DNA of 32,000 nt, from positions 197,823-229,822 of the forward strand of contig NZ_AP031381.1 in assembly GCF_047159375.1 (NCBI RefSeq). The letters are read 5' to 3'. Shown in pieces: positions 1 to 10,205 of the stretch. Numbering within the stretch: position 1 is the stretch's first letter; each line of letters starts with the position of its first letter. The position numbers and the translations under genes are program-made. The notes below the pieces were generated by a model, which ran no database searches, was not told where the DNA came from, and saw nothing but the letters and a program-made list of their open reading frames with translations. This DNA comes from Enterobacterales bacterium endosymbiont of Anomoneura mori. GTDB lineage: Bacteria; Pseudomonadota; Gammaproteobacteria; Enterobacterales; Enterobacteriaceae_A.

Positions 1-434
1 AATGGTGCTGATAAAGCAATATTTGCCATTATTGCAATTAATTTAATACAAGTTTTTTCATCATAAGATTCTTGTATTGTAGTATATCCTACAGTACCAA
101 TAAAACATAATCCCATACCTTGTAAAAATCTTACTAAAATAAATTGTTTGATATTAACAGTAAATGTTATTAATAAACAACTAAAAATAAAAAAACATAC
201 ACCAAAAAACATTATAGGACGTCTACCATATTTATCAGATAATGGTCCAAATAACCATTGTAAACACATTCCACCAGATAAATATGCTGTTAAAGATGTA
301 GGAATCCATTCAATTCCAGCATGAAAATATTTAACTACTTCAACCATTGCAGGTTGCATCATATCATTTGTAATATATACTATTAATTCAAATAATACTA
401 AGCTAACAGGAAACATTATACGGTTTATTTTCAT
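1..434 (-). CDS. mdfA: MFS multidrug/cation efflux transporter MdfA (Cmr), N-terminal part; the gene runs off the window start
   Basis: My own minus-strand translation from ATG (cat at 432-434) gives [78 protein letters not shown]...[41 protein letters not shown]. It is colinear with the E. coli MdfA N-terminus as I recall it (LYEFSTYIGNDMIQPGM...[31 protein letters not shown]...[21 protein letters not shown]). It is missing from the ORF track because it is truncated. Confidence 0.75.
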   Translation of the reverse strand, partial: MKINRIMFPVSLVLFELIVYITNDMMQPAMVEVVKYFHAGIEWIPTSLTAYLSGGMCLQWLFGPLSDKYGRRPIMFFGVCFFIFSCLLITFTVNIKQFILVRFLQGMGLCFIGTVGYTTIQESYDEKTCIKLIAIMANIALSAP

Positions 435-927
435 AATTTTTTAATAATATCTCCTAAATAATAATTATAATTAAATTATTTTTTAAAAATATTTAATTTA
501 AAAAAATTATATTAATTATTTTTAATTTTAATTGTAAATTTTTACCTATAACATTATTATTAATAATTTTTAAATTTAATTTTTTTATATTTATAAATAA
601 AAATTAATTATTATATTTATTTCAATTAATTTAATAAATATTTATTATTTTTTATATTTTTTATATTTTTAAATTTTTATTTATAATTTTTAAAAATATA
701 TAAAAAAAATTTTTTAATTTTTTTATAAATTTATATAAATTAATAATAAAAATTTTTATATTTTTTATATAATTATATAATAAATTTATTTTTATTAAAT
801 ATTTAAATATAAATAATATATTTTTTTAAAAATAAAATTTTATTCATATTTTATTTTAAAAAAAATATTTAATTATATTTAATATTTTTATTATTTTTTT
901 TAAAATTAAATATGAAAAAATATTAAT

Positions 928-956
928 TTGAATTATTTATTTTAAAATGTTATAAT
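928..956 (+). promoter_or_regulatory. Sigma70-type promoter for rnpB: TTGAAT, 17-nt spacer, extended -10 TGtTATAAT
   Basis: TTGAAT lies at 928-933, the spacer is exactly 17 nt, TG is at 948-949 and TATAAT at 951-956. A purine 7 nt downstream (A963) coincides with the predicted 5' end of the RNase P RNA P1 helix. Caveat: TATAAT-like hexamers arise by chance in DNA this AT-rich. Confidence 0.5.
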
Positions 957-962
957 AAATAT

Positions 963-1285
963 AAGTTAATTAAGCAGTAACCTTTAAATATAAAGGAGGA
1001 AAGTCTGGACTCTAAAGAGCAGAGTGCCAGATAATAACTGGGATATTTTACGAATAGTGCAACAGAAAATAAACCTACTATAAATAAATTATAGAAAAAT
1101 AAGGGTGAAAAATTAATAATTACCAAATTGGTAACAATTTGAATTATGTAAACTCCACTTAGAGCAAAGTTAAATATGAATTGTATTGCTCATACTAAAT
1201 TCAGGGTTAACTGCTAAAATTAATAAGTAATTATTAATTTAGAAAAATTACTGCTCAAGACAAAATCCAGCTTATAAATTAACTT
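963..1285 (+). ncRNA. rnpB: RNase P RNA (M1 RNA, bacterial type A), reduced length
   Basis: A GC-enriched island carries the universal conserved blocks. These are aggaggaaagtctggac (E. coli GGAGGAAAGTCCGGGC), agagtgccag, agtgcaacagaaaat, aagggtgaaa, gtaaactccac and acaaaatccagcttat (E. coli ACAGAACCCGGCTTAT). Terminal P1 pairing is aagttaatt (963-971) with aattaactt (1277-1285). Ends are approximate, within a few nt. Confidence 0.9.
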
Positions 1286-1322
1286 TTTTTAAAAAAGATA
1301 TTTTTAAAATTTAAATATTTTA

Positions 1323-3734
1323 TTAAATATCAATATTTAATATATTTAAAGCATTGTTTTTTATAAAATTACGTCTTATTTCAACATTATCACCCATTAA
1401 AATATTAAATAATTTATTCGCATATATAGAATCTTTAATAGTTACATTTAACATATTTCTATTTTTAGGATTCATAGTACTTTCCCATAATTGTTCAGGA
1501 TTCATTTCTCCAAGACCTTTATATCTTTTAATATTTAAATCTTTTAAAATTTCTTTAAATAACCAATTTAAAGTCTCTTCAAAAGAAGAAACTAATTTAG
1601 TATTATTTTTTCTATTAATTATTGCATAATTTAAAAACATTAAATATAATTTATTATTTAAAAAAAAAATTTTTTTATATTCAATACTATTAAAAAATTC
1701 AATATTTATTTTATAATATATATTATTACCATATATATTTTTACAAAATAATGGTTCAAAAATTTTTTTTTTAATATTTTTAACAATTTTAAATGTATAA
1801 TAAATAGAATTTTTTTTTAATATTTTATTAATTTTATTAACTAACATTAATAACCATTTTTTAATAATTTTATAATTATTAAAATTATTTAATCCTATAT
1901 AAAAAGATAAATTTAATAAATTAATAATTAAATCATATGGATATTTTTTATTAATATTTTTAATTTTTTTTTTAATAATTAAATATTCATAAATTAATTT
2001 TTTTAAAGATTTTTTTTTAAAATTTATATTTTTTTTATTATACAAAATAGTATTTTCTAAAGCAATATTTATTTTATATTTATTCATATTTTTATCATCT
2101 TTAACATAATATTTTTTATTTTTAATTTTTATTTTATATAATGGAGGTTGTGCAATATAAATAAAACCTTTTTTAATAATTTCAGGTATTTGTCTATAAA
2201 AAAACGTTAATAATAAAGTACGTATATGCGATCCATCAATATCAGCATCTGTCATAATTATAATTTTATTATATTTAATTTTATTAATATTATATTTTTC
2301 TTTTTCAATAAAACCACCTATTGCAGATACTAAAGAAATTATTTCTTGAGAATTTATTATTTTATTAAAATTTGCTTTTTCAACATTTAATATTTTACCT
2401 TTTAATGGTAAAATTGCTTGAGTTTTACGATCTCTACCTTGTTTAGCAGATCCTCCTGCTGAATCTCCTTCAACTAAATATAATTCAGAAAAAATAGGAT
2501 TATTTTCTTGACAATTTGCTAATTTACTTATTAAATTTAAATTTATTAAATCTTTTTTACGTGAAATTTCACGTGATTTACGTTCTATTTCTTTTGATTT
2601 ATATAAATTTATAATTTTTTTTATTATATTTTTTTTAATATTTTTATATTTATTTAAAAATTTTGTTAATTTTTTAATTACTACTAATTCAATAATTTTT
2701 TTAACTTTTAATGAAACTAATTTATCTTTTGTTTGAGAAGAAAATTTAGGATTATTTAATTTTACTGAAATAATACTTACTAAACCAGAACATATTTCAT
2801 CATTTAAAGAAATTTTTTTTTTTTTTTTAATATTTTTATTTTTAAATATAAAATTATTAAAAATTTTAATAATAGCATATTTCAATCCAGATAAATGACT
2901 ACCACCATCAATTTGTTGAACATTATTAGTAAAACAATAAATTTTTTTATTATTATTATAATTCCATTGTAAAACAAGTTTAATTTTTACATTATTTTTA
3001 ATTATTGAAATTTTAAAAATTTTTTTATGAATTAAATTATTATTTTTATTAATAAATTTTATAAATGATTTTAAACCTCCAAAATGTTTTAAAAAATCTT
3101 TTTTATTATTTCTTTCATCTCTTAAATATATTGAAATTAAACAATTTAAAAATGTTAATTTATGTAAATATTTTAAAATAATATTATAATCAAAATTAAT
3201 AATATTAGTAAATATTAAAAAACTAGGCCAAAAACGAATACTTGTTCCATTTTTAGTAGTTTTTTTTATTATTTTTAATTTATTTTTAGGTATACCATTT
3301 AAAAAAATTTGTTTATAAATTTTATTATTTCTATAAATAATTAATTTTAATTTTTTTGATAAAGCATTTACAACTGAAATACCAACTCCATGCAAACCAC
3401 CTGTAGTTTCATTTAAATTATTATTAAATTTACTTCCAGAATGTAAAATAGTCATAATTATTTCTGCTATTGAAATTTTTTCTTCAGGATGTATACTTGT
3501 AGGTATACCACGTCCATTATCTTGAATTGATATTGAATTATCATTATGAATAGTAACTACAATTTTATTACATTTTCCAATAATAGTTTCATCTATAGAA
3601 TTATCAATAACTTCAAAAACCATATGATGAAAGCCATCTCCATTTTCAGTACTTCCAATATACATTCCAGGACATTTACGTACTATATCTAAACCTTTTA
3701 AAATTTTTATATTTTTAGAATTATTATTAATCAT
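1323..3734 (-). CDS. gyrB: DNA gyrase subunit B
   Basis: The 803-aa ORF is near the E. coli GyrB length. It has the GHKL ATPase N-terminus (LKGLDIVRKCPGMYIGST...HHMVFEVIDNSIDE), the Toprim motif (ELYLVEGDSAGGSAKQGRDR), IMTDADIDGSHIRTLLLTFF and the C-terminal KGLGEMNPEQLWESTMNP. Confidence 0.97.
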   Translation of the reverse strand: MINNNSKNIKILKGLDIVRKCPGMYIGSTENGDGFHHMVFEVIDNSIDETIIGKCNKIVVTIHNDNSISIQDNGRGIPTSIHPEEKISIAEIIMTILHSGSKFNNNLNETTGGLHGVGISVVNALSKKLKLIIYRNNKIYKQIFLNGIPKNKLKIIKKTTKNGTSIRFWPSFLIFTNIINFDYNIILKYLHKLTFLNCLISIYLRDERNNKKDFLKHFGGLKSFIKFINKNNNLIHKKIFKISIIKNNVKIKLVLQWNYNNNKKIYCFTNNVQQIDGGSHLSGLKYAIIKIFNNFIFKNKNIKKKKKISLNDEICSGLVSIISVKLNNPKFSSQTKDKLVSLKVKKIIELVVIKKLTKFLNKYKNIKKNIIKKIINLYKSKEIERKSREISRKKDLINLNLISKLANCQENNPIFSELYLVEGDSAGGSAKQGRDRKTQAILPLKGKILNVEKANFNKIINSQEIISLVSAIGGFIEKEKYNINKIKYNKIIIMTDADIDGSHIRTLLLTFFYRQIPEIIKKGFIYIAQPPLYKIKIKNKKYYVKDDKNMNKYKINIALENTILYNKKNINFKKKSLKKLIYEYLIIKKKIKNINKKYPYDLIINLLNLSFYIGLNNFNNYKIIKKWLLMLVNKINKILKKNSIYYTFKIVKNIKKKIFEPLFCKNIYGNNIYYKINIEFFNSIEYKKIFFLNNKLYLMFLNYAIINRKNNTKLVSSFEETLNWLFKEILKDLNIKRYKGLGEMNPEQLWESTMNPKNRNMLNVTIKDSIYANKLFNILMGDNVEIRRNFIKNNALNILNIDI

Positions 3735-3854
3735 TTAAATTCCAAAAAAAATTTTAAATATTTAATAAAAAATTTTATTTATTTTAAAATACTATAAATA
3801 ATTAGTATATATATTAAAATATATAAATATATATATAAATTATATAATATTTTT

Positions 3855-3926
<72 letters not shown>

Positions 3927-4031
3927 GTTATAATTATATTTTTTAATATATATTTTTACAATATAATTTATTATAAAAATATATTATTAAATATAATTAA
4001 TATTTATTAATTAATAAAATATTTTAAAAAT

Positions 4032-5504
4032 TTATAATTGTTTCATAGTTGGAAATAATATAACATCACGAATTGAATTACTATTAGTTAATATCATTAT
4101 TATTCTATCAATACCTATACCTAAACCAGCAGTTGGAGGTAAGCCATATTCTAAAGCTTTAATAAATTCTTTATCATTATATATAATATTATTTTTATTT
4201 TTATTAGTTTTTATTTGTTCTTTAAAACGTTCATTTTGATCTTTAGAATTATTTAATTCTGAAAAACCATTACAAATTTCAATTCCTCCAATAAATAATT
4301 CAAATCTTTCTGCAATACTTGAATTATTATATTTTCTTTTAGATAAAGGAGATATTTCAATTGGATATTCAGTAATAAATGTTGGTTTTAATAATTTATG
4401 TATAACTAAAATTTCAAATAAATTATTTATAATATTTCCAATTTTAAAATGTTTTTTAATTTTTATATTAATAGATTTTAAAATTTTCTTTAAATAAAAA
4501 ATATTAAAAATATATTTAATATTAATATATTTATAATATTTTTTAATTGATTTTATCATTGTAATTTTTTTAAAAGGTTTATTAAAATCTAATAATTTAT
4601 TTTTATATAATATTTTTTTTTTATTAAATAATTTAATAACTATTTTTTTAAATAAAGATTCAATAAATTTAATTAAAATTTTATAATCTGCATATGCCAT
4701 ATAAAGTTCCATCATAGTAAATTCTGGATTATGTTTTGAAGATATTCCTTCATTACGAAAATTTTTATTAATTTCATAAACTCTTTCAAAACCTCCAATT
4801 ACTAAACGTTTTAAATATAATTCTGGTGAAATACGTAAATACATTTTTATATTTAAATAATTATGATAAGTTATAAAAGGTTTTGCAATAGCACCTCCAG
4901 GAATTGTTTGTAACATTGGGGTTTCAACTTCAATAAATTTATTTTTATTCATATAATTACGAATATAAAAAATAATTTTAGAACGAATTTTAAAAATATT
5001 ATAAGAATTATTATTAATAATTAAATCTAAATAACGTTGTCTATATTTTATTTCATTATCTAAAATTTTATTAAATTTATTTGGTAATAAACGTAAAGAT
5101 TTTTTTAATATATATAATTTATTACAAAAAATTGATAATTCTCCAGTTTTTGTTTTAAATAAAAACCCTTTTACTCCTAAAATATCACCTAATTTACATT
5201 TTTTAAATTGTTTTTCATATATTTTTTTTGATATTTTATTTTTTGTAATATATAATTGAATATATCCTCCCATATCTTTTAATTTAACAAAAGAAGCAGA
5301 ACCCATTATTCTAAGATTCATAATTCTACCTGCAACACTTATTTTTTTTTTATTTAATTCTTTTATATTTTTTTTATTATATTTATTATGTATTTCATTA
5401 GATATATCAATACGTTTAAAATTTTTAAATATATTTTTTTTTTTTTTTAAATAATTTTTTTTTAATTTATAATTAATATATAAATATATTTTTTTAACTA
5501 TCAT
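4032..5504 (-). CDS. lysS: Lysine--tRNA ligase (class II)
   Basis: The 490-aa ORF shows VAGRIMNLRIMGSASFVKL, KTKTGELSI, RYRQRYLDLI, EVETPMLQ.IPGGA.A.PFITHHN, FRNEGIS..HNPEFTMMELYMAYADY and LPPTAGLGIGIDR. It sits 2 nt downstream of prfB, as in the E. coli prfB-lysS operon. Confidence 0.96.
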   Translation of the reverse strand: MIVKKIYLYINYKLKKNYLKKKKNIFKNFKRIDISNEIHNKYNKKNIKELNKKKISVAGRIMNLRIMGSASFVKLKDMGGYIQLYITKNKISKKIYEKQFKKCKLGDILGVKGFLFKTKTGELSIFCNKLYILKKSLRLLPNKFNKILDNEIKYRQRYLDLIINNNSYNIFKIRSKIIFYIRNYMNKNKFIEVETPMLQTIPGGAIAKPFITYHNYLNIKMYLRISPELYLKRLVIGGFERVYEINKNFRNEGISSKHNPEFTMMELYMAYADYKILIKFIESLFKKIVIKLFNKKKILYKNKLLDFNKPFKKITMIKSIKKYYKYINIKYIFNIFYLKKILKSINIKIKKHFKIGNIINNLFEILVIHKLLKPTFITEYPIEISPLSKRKYNNSSIAERFELFIGGIEICNGFSELNNSKDQNERFKEQIKTNKNKNNIIYNDKEFIKALEYGLPPTAGLGIGIDRIIMILTNSNSIRDVILFPTMKQL

Positions 5505-5506
5505 TT

Positions 5507-6598
5507 TTATAACCCTGCTTTTAAACTAGCTTTAATAAATAAATCTAAATTAATATTTGTTATATTTTTCACATTATTAATTTGATAATTTGTTCGAATA
5601 TCTTTAATTATAGAATTATCAAGAATATATGAACGTATTTGATTACTCCAAGAAATATTTTTTTTATTATCTTCTATTTTTTTTTTAATATTTTTTTTTT
5701 TTAAAAATTCTAAATTTAATAATTTTAAATTTAATTTTTTAAGAGCATTTTTTTTATTTTTATGTTGTGAACGACTATTTTGACATTGAACATAAATATT
5801 TGTTGGTAAATGTTTTATTCTTACTGCAGATTCAGTTTTATTTATATGTTGACCACCTGCACCTGAAGAACGATATAAATCAATACGCAAATCAGAATAA
5901 TTATAATTTATATTAATATTATCATTTATTTCTGGATATACATAAACTGAACTAAAAGAAGTATGTCGTTTATTATTATTAAATGGATTTTTTCTAACTA
6001 ATCTATGTATTCCAGTTTCAGTACGTAACCAACCATATGCATTATTACCAATAATTTTCATAGTAATTGATTTAATACCTATATTATTATTAATTTTTTT
6101 TTCTATAAATTTAATTTTAAAATTTTTTTTTTCTGCCCAATTTAAATACATTTTAAATAATATATTACACCAATTTTGTGAATCAATTCCTCCAGAACCT
6201 GCTTTAATATTTATAAAACAATTAAGTTTATCATTTTTACCTAAAAAAAAACATTTTTCTTCTAAATTGTTGATTTTTTTTTTTAAATAATTTAAATTAT
6301 TTTTAATAACATCAAAAATTTTTTCATCTTTTGTTTTTTCAAATATTTTTAATAATTTAAAATTATTAAATATATTATCTTTTAAAAAATTAATTTTTTT
6401 AAATATATTTTTAATTAAAATAAATTCTTCTTTTAATTCTAAAAATAAATTATTACTCCAAAAATCAGGATTTTTTAATTTATAATTTATTTCTTCTAAA
6501 CGAATTTTTTTTTTTTTATAATTTATTTTTTTTTTAATATTAATTAAATATTTTAAAATTTTTTCATTTTTTTCTTTTAATATTTTTTTTTTATTCAT
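5507..6598 (-). CDS. prfB: Peptide chain release factor 2, encoded as one uninterrupted ORF with no programmed +1 frameshift
   Basis: The 363-aa ORF has AGSGGIDSQNW, YGWLRTETGIHRLVRK, HTSFSSVYVYPE, the GGQ motif (YRSSGAGGQHINKTESAVRI) and QCQNSRSQHKNK, and ends FIKASLKAGL as E. coli RF2 does. The tripeptide-anticodon position reads NPF rather than SPF. Confidence 0.95.
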   Translation of the reverse strand: MNKKKILKEKNEKILKYLINIKKKINYKKKKIRLEEINYKLKNPDFWSNNLFLELKEEFILIKNIFKKINFLKDNIFNNFKLLKIFEKTKDEKIFDVIKNNLNYLKKKINNLEEKCFFLGKNDKLNCFINIKAGSGGIDSQNWCNILFKMYLNWAEKKNFKIKFIEKKINNNIGIKSITMKIIGNNAYGWLRTETGIHRLVRKNPFNNNKRHTSFSSVYVYPEINDNININYNYSDLRIDLYRSSGAGGQHINKTESAVRIKHLPTNIYVQCQNSRSQHKNKKNALKKLNLKLLNLEFLKKKNIKKKIEDNKKNISWSNQIRSYILDNSIIKDIRTNYQINNVKNITNINLDLFIKASLKAGL

Positions 6599-6704
6599 TA
6601 TAAATTCCTTTATAAAATAATTATTTATTTTTTATATATTATTATTATAGTTTTTAAGTAAATATTATTATAATAATATTTATTATTTTATAAATATAAA
6701 TAAA

Positions 6705-7619
6705 ATGAAAATTATTGGAATATTAACAAGTGGTGGTGATTCACCTGGAATGAATGCTGCTATAAATGGAATTTTAAAAACCGCTTTTATTAATAAAATT
6801 AAAGTATTTGGAATTTATAATGGTTTTAAAGGTTTATATAAAAATAATATTAAAGAAATAATTAAAAATAAAAAAATAAATCTAATAAATATTGGTGGTA
6901 CTTTTTTGAGGTCTTCAAGATTTAAAGAATTTGAAAATAAAAATATAAGAATTAAAGCAATTGATAATTTAAAAAAAAAAAAAATAGATTCATTAATAAT
7001 TATAGGTGGTAATGGTTCTTATATTGGTTCTAAATATTTAATAAAAGAAGGTTTTTCTTGTATTTGTTTACCAGGAACAATTGATAATGATGTTATATGT
7101 ACAGATTATTCTATAGGTTATTTTACTGCTTTAGAAACAATAGTAGAAGCAATAGATCGTATTCGTGATACTGCATGTTCACATAAAAGTATATTTATTA
7201 TAGAAATAATGGGAAGATATTGTGGCAATTTAACAATTGCTAGTGCTATTGCTGGAAAATGTGAATTTTTCATAATTCCTGAAATAAATTTTAATATTAA
7301 AAATTTAATTTATGAAATTAAATTAAAATTATTAAAAGGAATTAATAATATAATAATAGCTATTACAGAAAATATTTATAATATAAAAAAACTTTCAAAA
7401 TATATTAGAAAAAAAATAAAATTTGAAGTTAAAACAGTAGTTTTAGGTTATATTCAACGTGGTGGAAAACCAATTTCATATGATAGAATTTTAGGTTTTC
7501 GTATGGGTTCATATTCAATTAAATTATTAATAAAAGGATATAATAATATATGTATTGGAATTAAAAATAATAAAATTATATTTAAAAATATTATTAAAGA
7601 AATTAATAAAATAACTTAA
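6705..7619 (+). CDS. pfkA: ATP-dependent 6-phosphofructokinase
   Basis: The 304-aa ORF has MKIIGILTSGGDSPGMNAAI, IIGGNGSY, LPGTIDND, EIMGRYCGNLT and VLGYIQRGG. Confidence 0.95.
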   Translation: MKIIGILTSGGDSPGMNAAINGILKTAFINKIKVFGIYNGFKGLYKNNIKEIIKNKKINLINIGGTFLRSSRFKEFENKNIRIKAIDNLKKKKIDSLIIIGGNGSYIGSKYLIKEGFSCICLPGTIDNDVICTDYSIGYFTALETIVEAIDRIRDTACSHKSIFIIEIMGRYCGNLTIASAIAGKCEFFIIPEINFNIKNLIYEIKLKLLKGINNIIIAITENIYNIKKLSKYIRKKIKFEVKTVVLGYIQRGGKPISYDRILGFRMGSYSIKLLIKGYNNICIGIKNNKIIFKNIIKEINKIT

Positions 7620-7736
7620 AATATTAATATATATAAAAAAAAAATAATTTAAAAATAAATAATTTTATTTTATTATAAAATATTAAAAATAATATAAATA
7701 AATAATAATTTAAAAATAAATATTAAATATAATATT

Positions 7737-9137
7737 ATGAAAATTATAACAAGATTTGCACCAAGTCCTACAGGATTATTACATATTGGTGGAGCACGTA
7801 CAGCATTATATTCATGGTTATTAAGTCGTTGTAATAAAGGTAAATTTATATTAAGAATAGAAGATACTGATATTAAACGTTCAAATATTAAATCAATTAA
7901 TTCTATTTTAGAAGGATTAAAATGGTTAAAAATTAATTGGGATAAAGGTCCTTTTTTTCAATCTAACAATTTATATAGGTATAAAAAAGTTATATATAAA
8001 ATGTTAAAACAAGGTAGTGCATATAAATGTTATTGTTCTAAAGAACGTTTAAAAAAATTAAGAAATTATCAAATTATTAATAATATAAAACCTCGTTATG
8101 ATAAATTTTGTTTATATAAAAATATTAAAAATATAAAAAATAAAAAATATGTAGTACGTTTTTGTAATCCAGAAAAAGGTAATGTTTTTTTTAATGATGA
8201 AATAAGAGGTTTAATTAAAGTTAATAATAAAGAATTAGATGATTTAATAATTTGTAGAGAAAATAATATTCCTACATATAATTTTTGTTCTATTATAGAT
8301 GATTTAGATATGAATATTACTCATATAATTAGAGGTGTAGAACATATTAATAATACTCCAAGACAAATAAATATATTAAAACAATTAGGTGCTAAAATTC
8401 CTAAATATTTTCATGTATCTTTAATTTTAGGAAATGATGGTAAAAAATTATCTAAAAGATATAATATTAATAGTATAAATGAATATAAAAAAAATGGTTA
8501 TTTATCAGAAGCTTTAATTAATTATATTTTTAAACTTGGTTGGTCATATAAAAATAAAGAAATATTTACATTAAAAGATATGATAAAATATTTTAATATA
8601 AAAAACTTTATTAAATCTTCAAGTATTTTTGATATTAAAAAATTAAATTGGATTAATAGATATTATATAAATAATATAGATATTAAAAAAATAAAATTTA
8701 AAATTTTACCATATTTTAAAAAAAAAAATATAAATATTAATAATAAAAAAAATTTAAAAAAAATAATTAAATTATTTATAAAACATTCTAATAATTTAAA
8801 TGAAATAGTTGATTCATGTAATTATATTTATAATAATAATATTATATTAAATTATAAAATAATTGAAAAAATTATAAAAAAAAAAAATAATTTAAAATTA
8901 TTTATAATAATTTATAATAAAATTAAAAAAATTAATTTTTGGTCATATAATAATATTAAAAATATAATAAAAAAAATTAAAAATGAATTTTATTTAAATA
9001 TGTATGATATATGTATGCCTTTACGTATTGTTATAACAGGTAAAATAAATACACCTGATATTAATAATATTATATATTTAATTAAAAAAAAAAATTTTTT
9101 ATATCGTTTAAATAACATAATAAATTTATTTTATTAA
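7737..9137 (+). CDS. gltX: Glutamate--tRNA ligase
   Basis: The 466-aa ORF has TRFAPSPTGLLHIGGARTALY (HIGH motif), RIEDTD and THIIRGVEHINNTPRQI, plus KLSKR (KMSKS motif). Confidence 0.95.
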   Translation: MKIITRFAPSPTGLLHIGGARTALYSWLLSRCNKGKFILRIEDTDIKRSNIKSINSILEGLKWLKINWDKGPFFQSNNLYRYKKVIYKMLKQGSAYKCYCSKERLKKLRNYQIINNIKPRYDKFCLYKNIKNIKNKKYVVRFCNPEKGNVFFNDEIRGLIKVNNKELDDLIICRENNIPTYNFCSIIDDLDMNITHIIRGVEHINNTPRQINILKQLGAKIPKYFHVSLILGNDGKKLSKRYNINSINEYKKNGYLSEALINYIFKLGWSYKNKEIFTLKDMIKYFNIKNFIKSSSIFDIKKLNWINRYYINNIDIKKIKFKILPYFKKKNININNKKNLKKIIKLFIKHSNNLNEIVDSCNYIYNNNIILNYKIIEKIIKKKNNLKLFIIIYNKIKKINFWSYNNIKNIIKKIKNEFYLNMYDICMPLRIVITGKINTPDINNIIYLIKKKNFLYRLNNIINLFY

Positions 9138-9420
9138 TAATTTTAAAATTTTTAAAATTATTAATAAAATAAATTTATATTTTTAAATTAATAAATTAAT
9201 TATTAAAATTAAATTAATTTAAAAATATTAAAATAAATATATTTTTTAAAAAAATTTTTATAAATATAAATTTATTTGTTTTATATATATAAATAATATA
9301 ACAATTTTTTAATTTTTTTAATAAATATTATCATATTATTATAAATAAAAATTAAAATATTTTAAATTTTTTTTATTTATAAATAAATAAATAAATTTTT
9401 AAATATTTATTTTTAAATAT

Positions 9421-10101
9421 TTAAAAATTTTTTTTAATATAATTTAAAAAATTTATATTTTCTAAAATTTCTTTTTTATTAGCATATATTATTTTAGTTT
9501 TTTTTAATATTTTATTATTTTTATATTTTTTATCATTTATTTTAATTTTTTTTTGTCCTCCTGTCATTAATAAATAAATTTTTGATAATAATTTTGCATC
9601 AGTTAAAGCACTATGAAAAACACGTTTACTTAAATCTATTTCATATCTTTCGCATAAAGAGTTTAAATTATTGTTTTTTCCAGGAAAAATTTTTCTTGCC
9701 ATTGATAAAGTATCAATTACATTACAAATTGTTTCTATTTTTGGTATATTTTTATTAAGTAATGAAAATTCATAATTTATAAAATTAACATCAAACATTG
9801 CATTATGAGCAATTAAATCGGCTCCATAAATTAATTTTAAAAATTCTTTATAAATATCTTTAAATTTTTTTTTATCATTTAAAAATTTATTACTTATTCC
9901 ATGTATAGCTAAAGCTTCAGGATCAATTGGTCTATTTGGATTTAAGTAAGAATGAAAAATTTTCCCTGTAAATTTTCTATTTATTAATTCTATTGCTCCA
10001 ATTTCAATAATACGATGTCCTATATAATATAATCCAAATTTATTTAAACCTGTTGTTTCAGTATCAAATATTATTTGTCTTTTATTAATAATATACCTCA
10101 T
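9421..10101 (-). CDS. dnaQ: DNA polymerase III epsilon subunit (3'-5' proofreading exonuclease)
   Basis: The 226-aa ORF has Exo I (IIFDTETTG), Exo II (LIAHNAMFDVNF) and Exo III (HSALTDAKLL) motifs. Confidence 0.92.
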   Translation of the reverse strand: MRYIINKRQIIFDTETTGLNKFGLYYIGHRIIEIGAIELINRKFTGKIFHSYLNPNRPIDPEALAIHGISNKFLNDKKKFKDIYKEFLKLIYGADLIAHNAMFDVNFINYEFSLLNKNIPKIETICNVIDTLSMARKIFPGKNNNLNSLCERYEIDLSKRVFHSALTDAKLLSKIYLLMTGGQKKIKINDKKYKNNKILKKTKIIYANKKEILENINFLNYIKKNF

Positions 10102-10205
10102 TTTTTAAAATAATATTAATTATATAAATATTAATTTTTTTTATTAATTTAAAATATAATAAATTTAATTATAATATTAAATATTTTTAAGTTAAAAAAA
10201 ATTTT

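Noticed and set aside
435-960. Possible CRISPR array or other tandem-repeat array in the long A/T spacers (also 9138-9420 and 25651-26040)
   Set aside because: These contain only low-complexity A/T with loosely recurring short motifs. There are no regularly spaced repeats of 20 nt or more, no unique spacers and no cas genes.
1354-1629. 91-aa ORF on the + strand
   Set aside because: It lies entirely antisense within gyrB. The sequence is low-complexity, has no SD and shows no recognisable similarity. It is a typical spurious ORF in AT-rich DNA.
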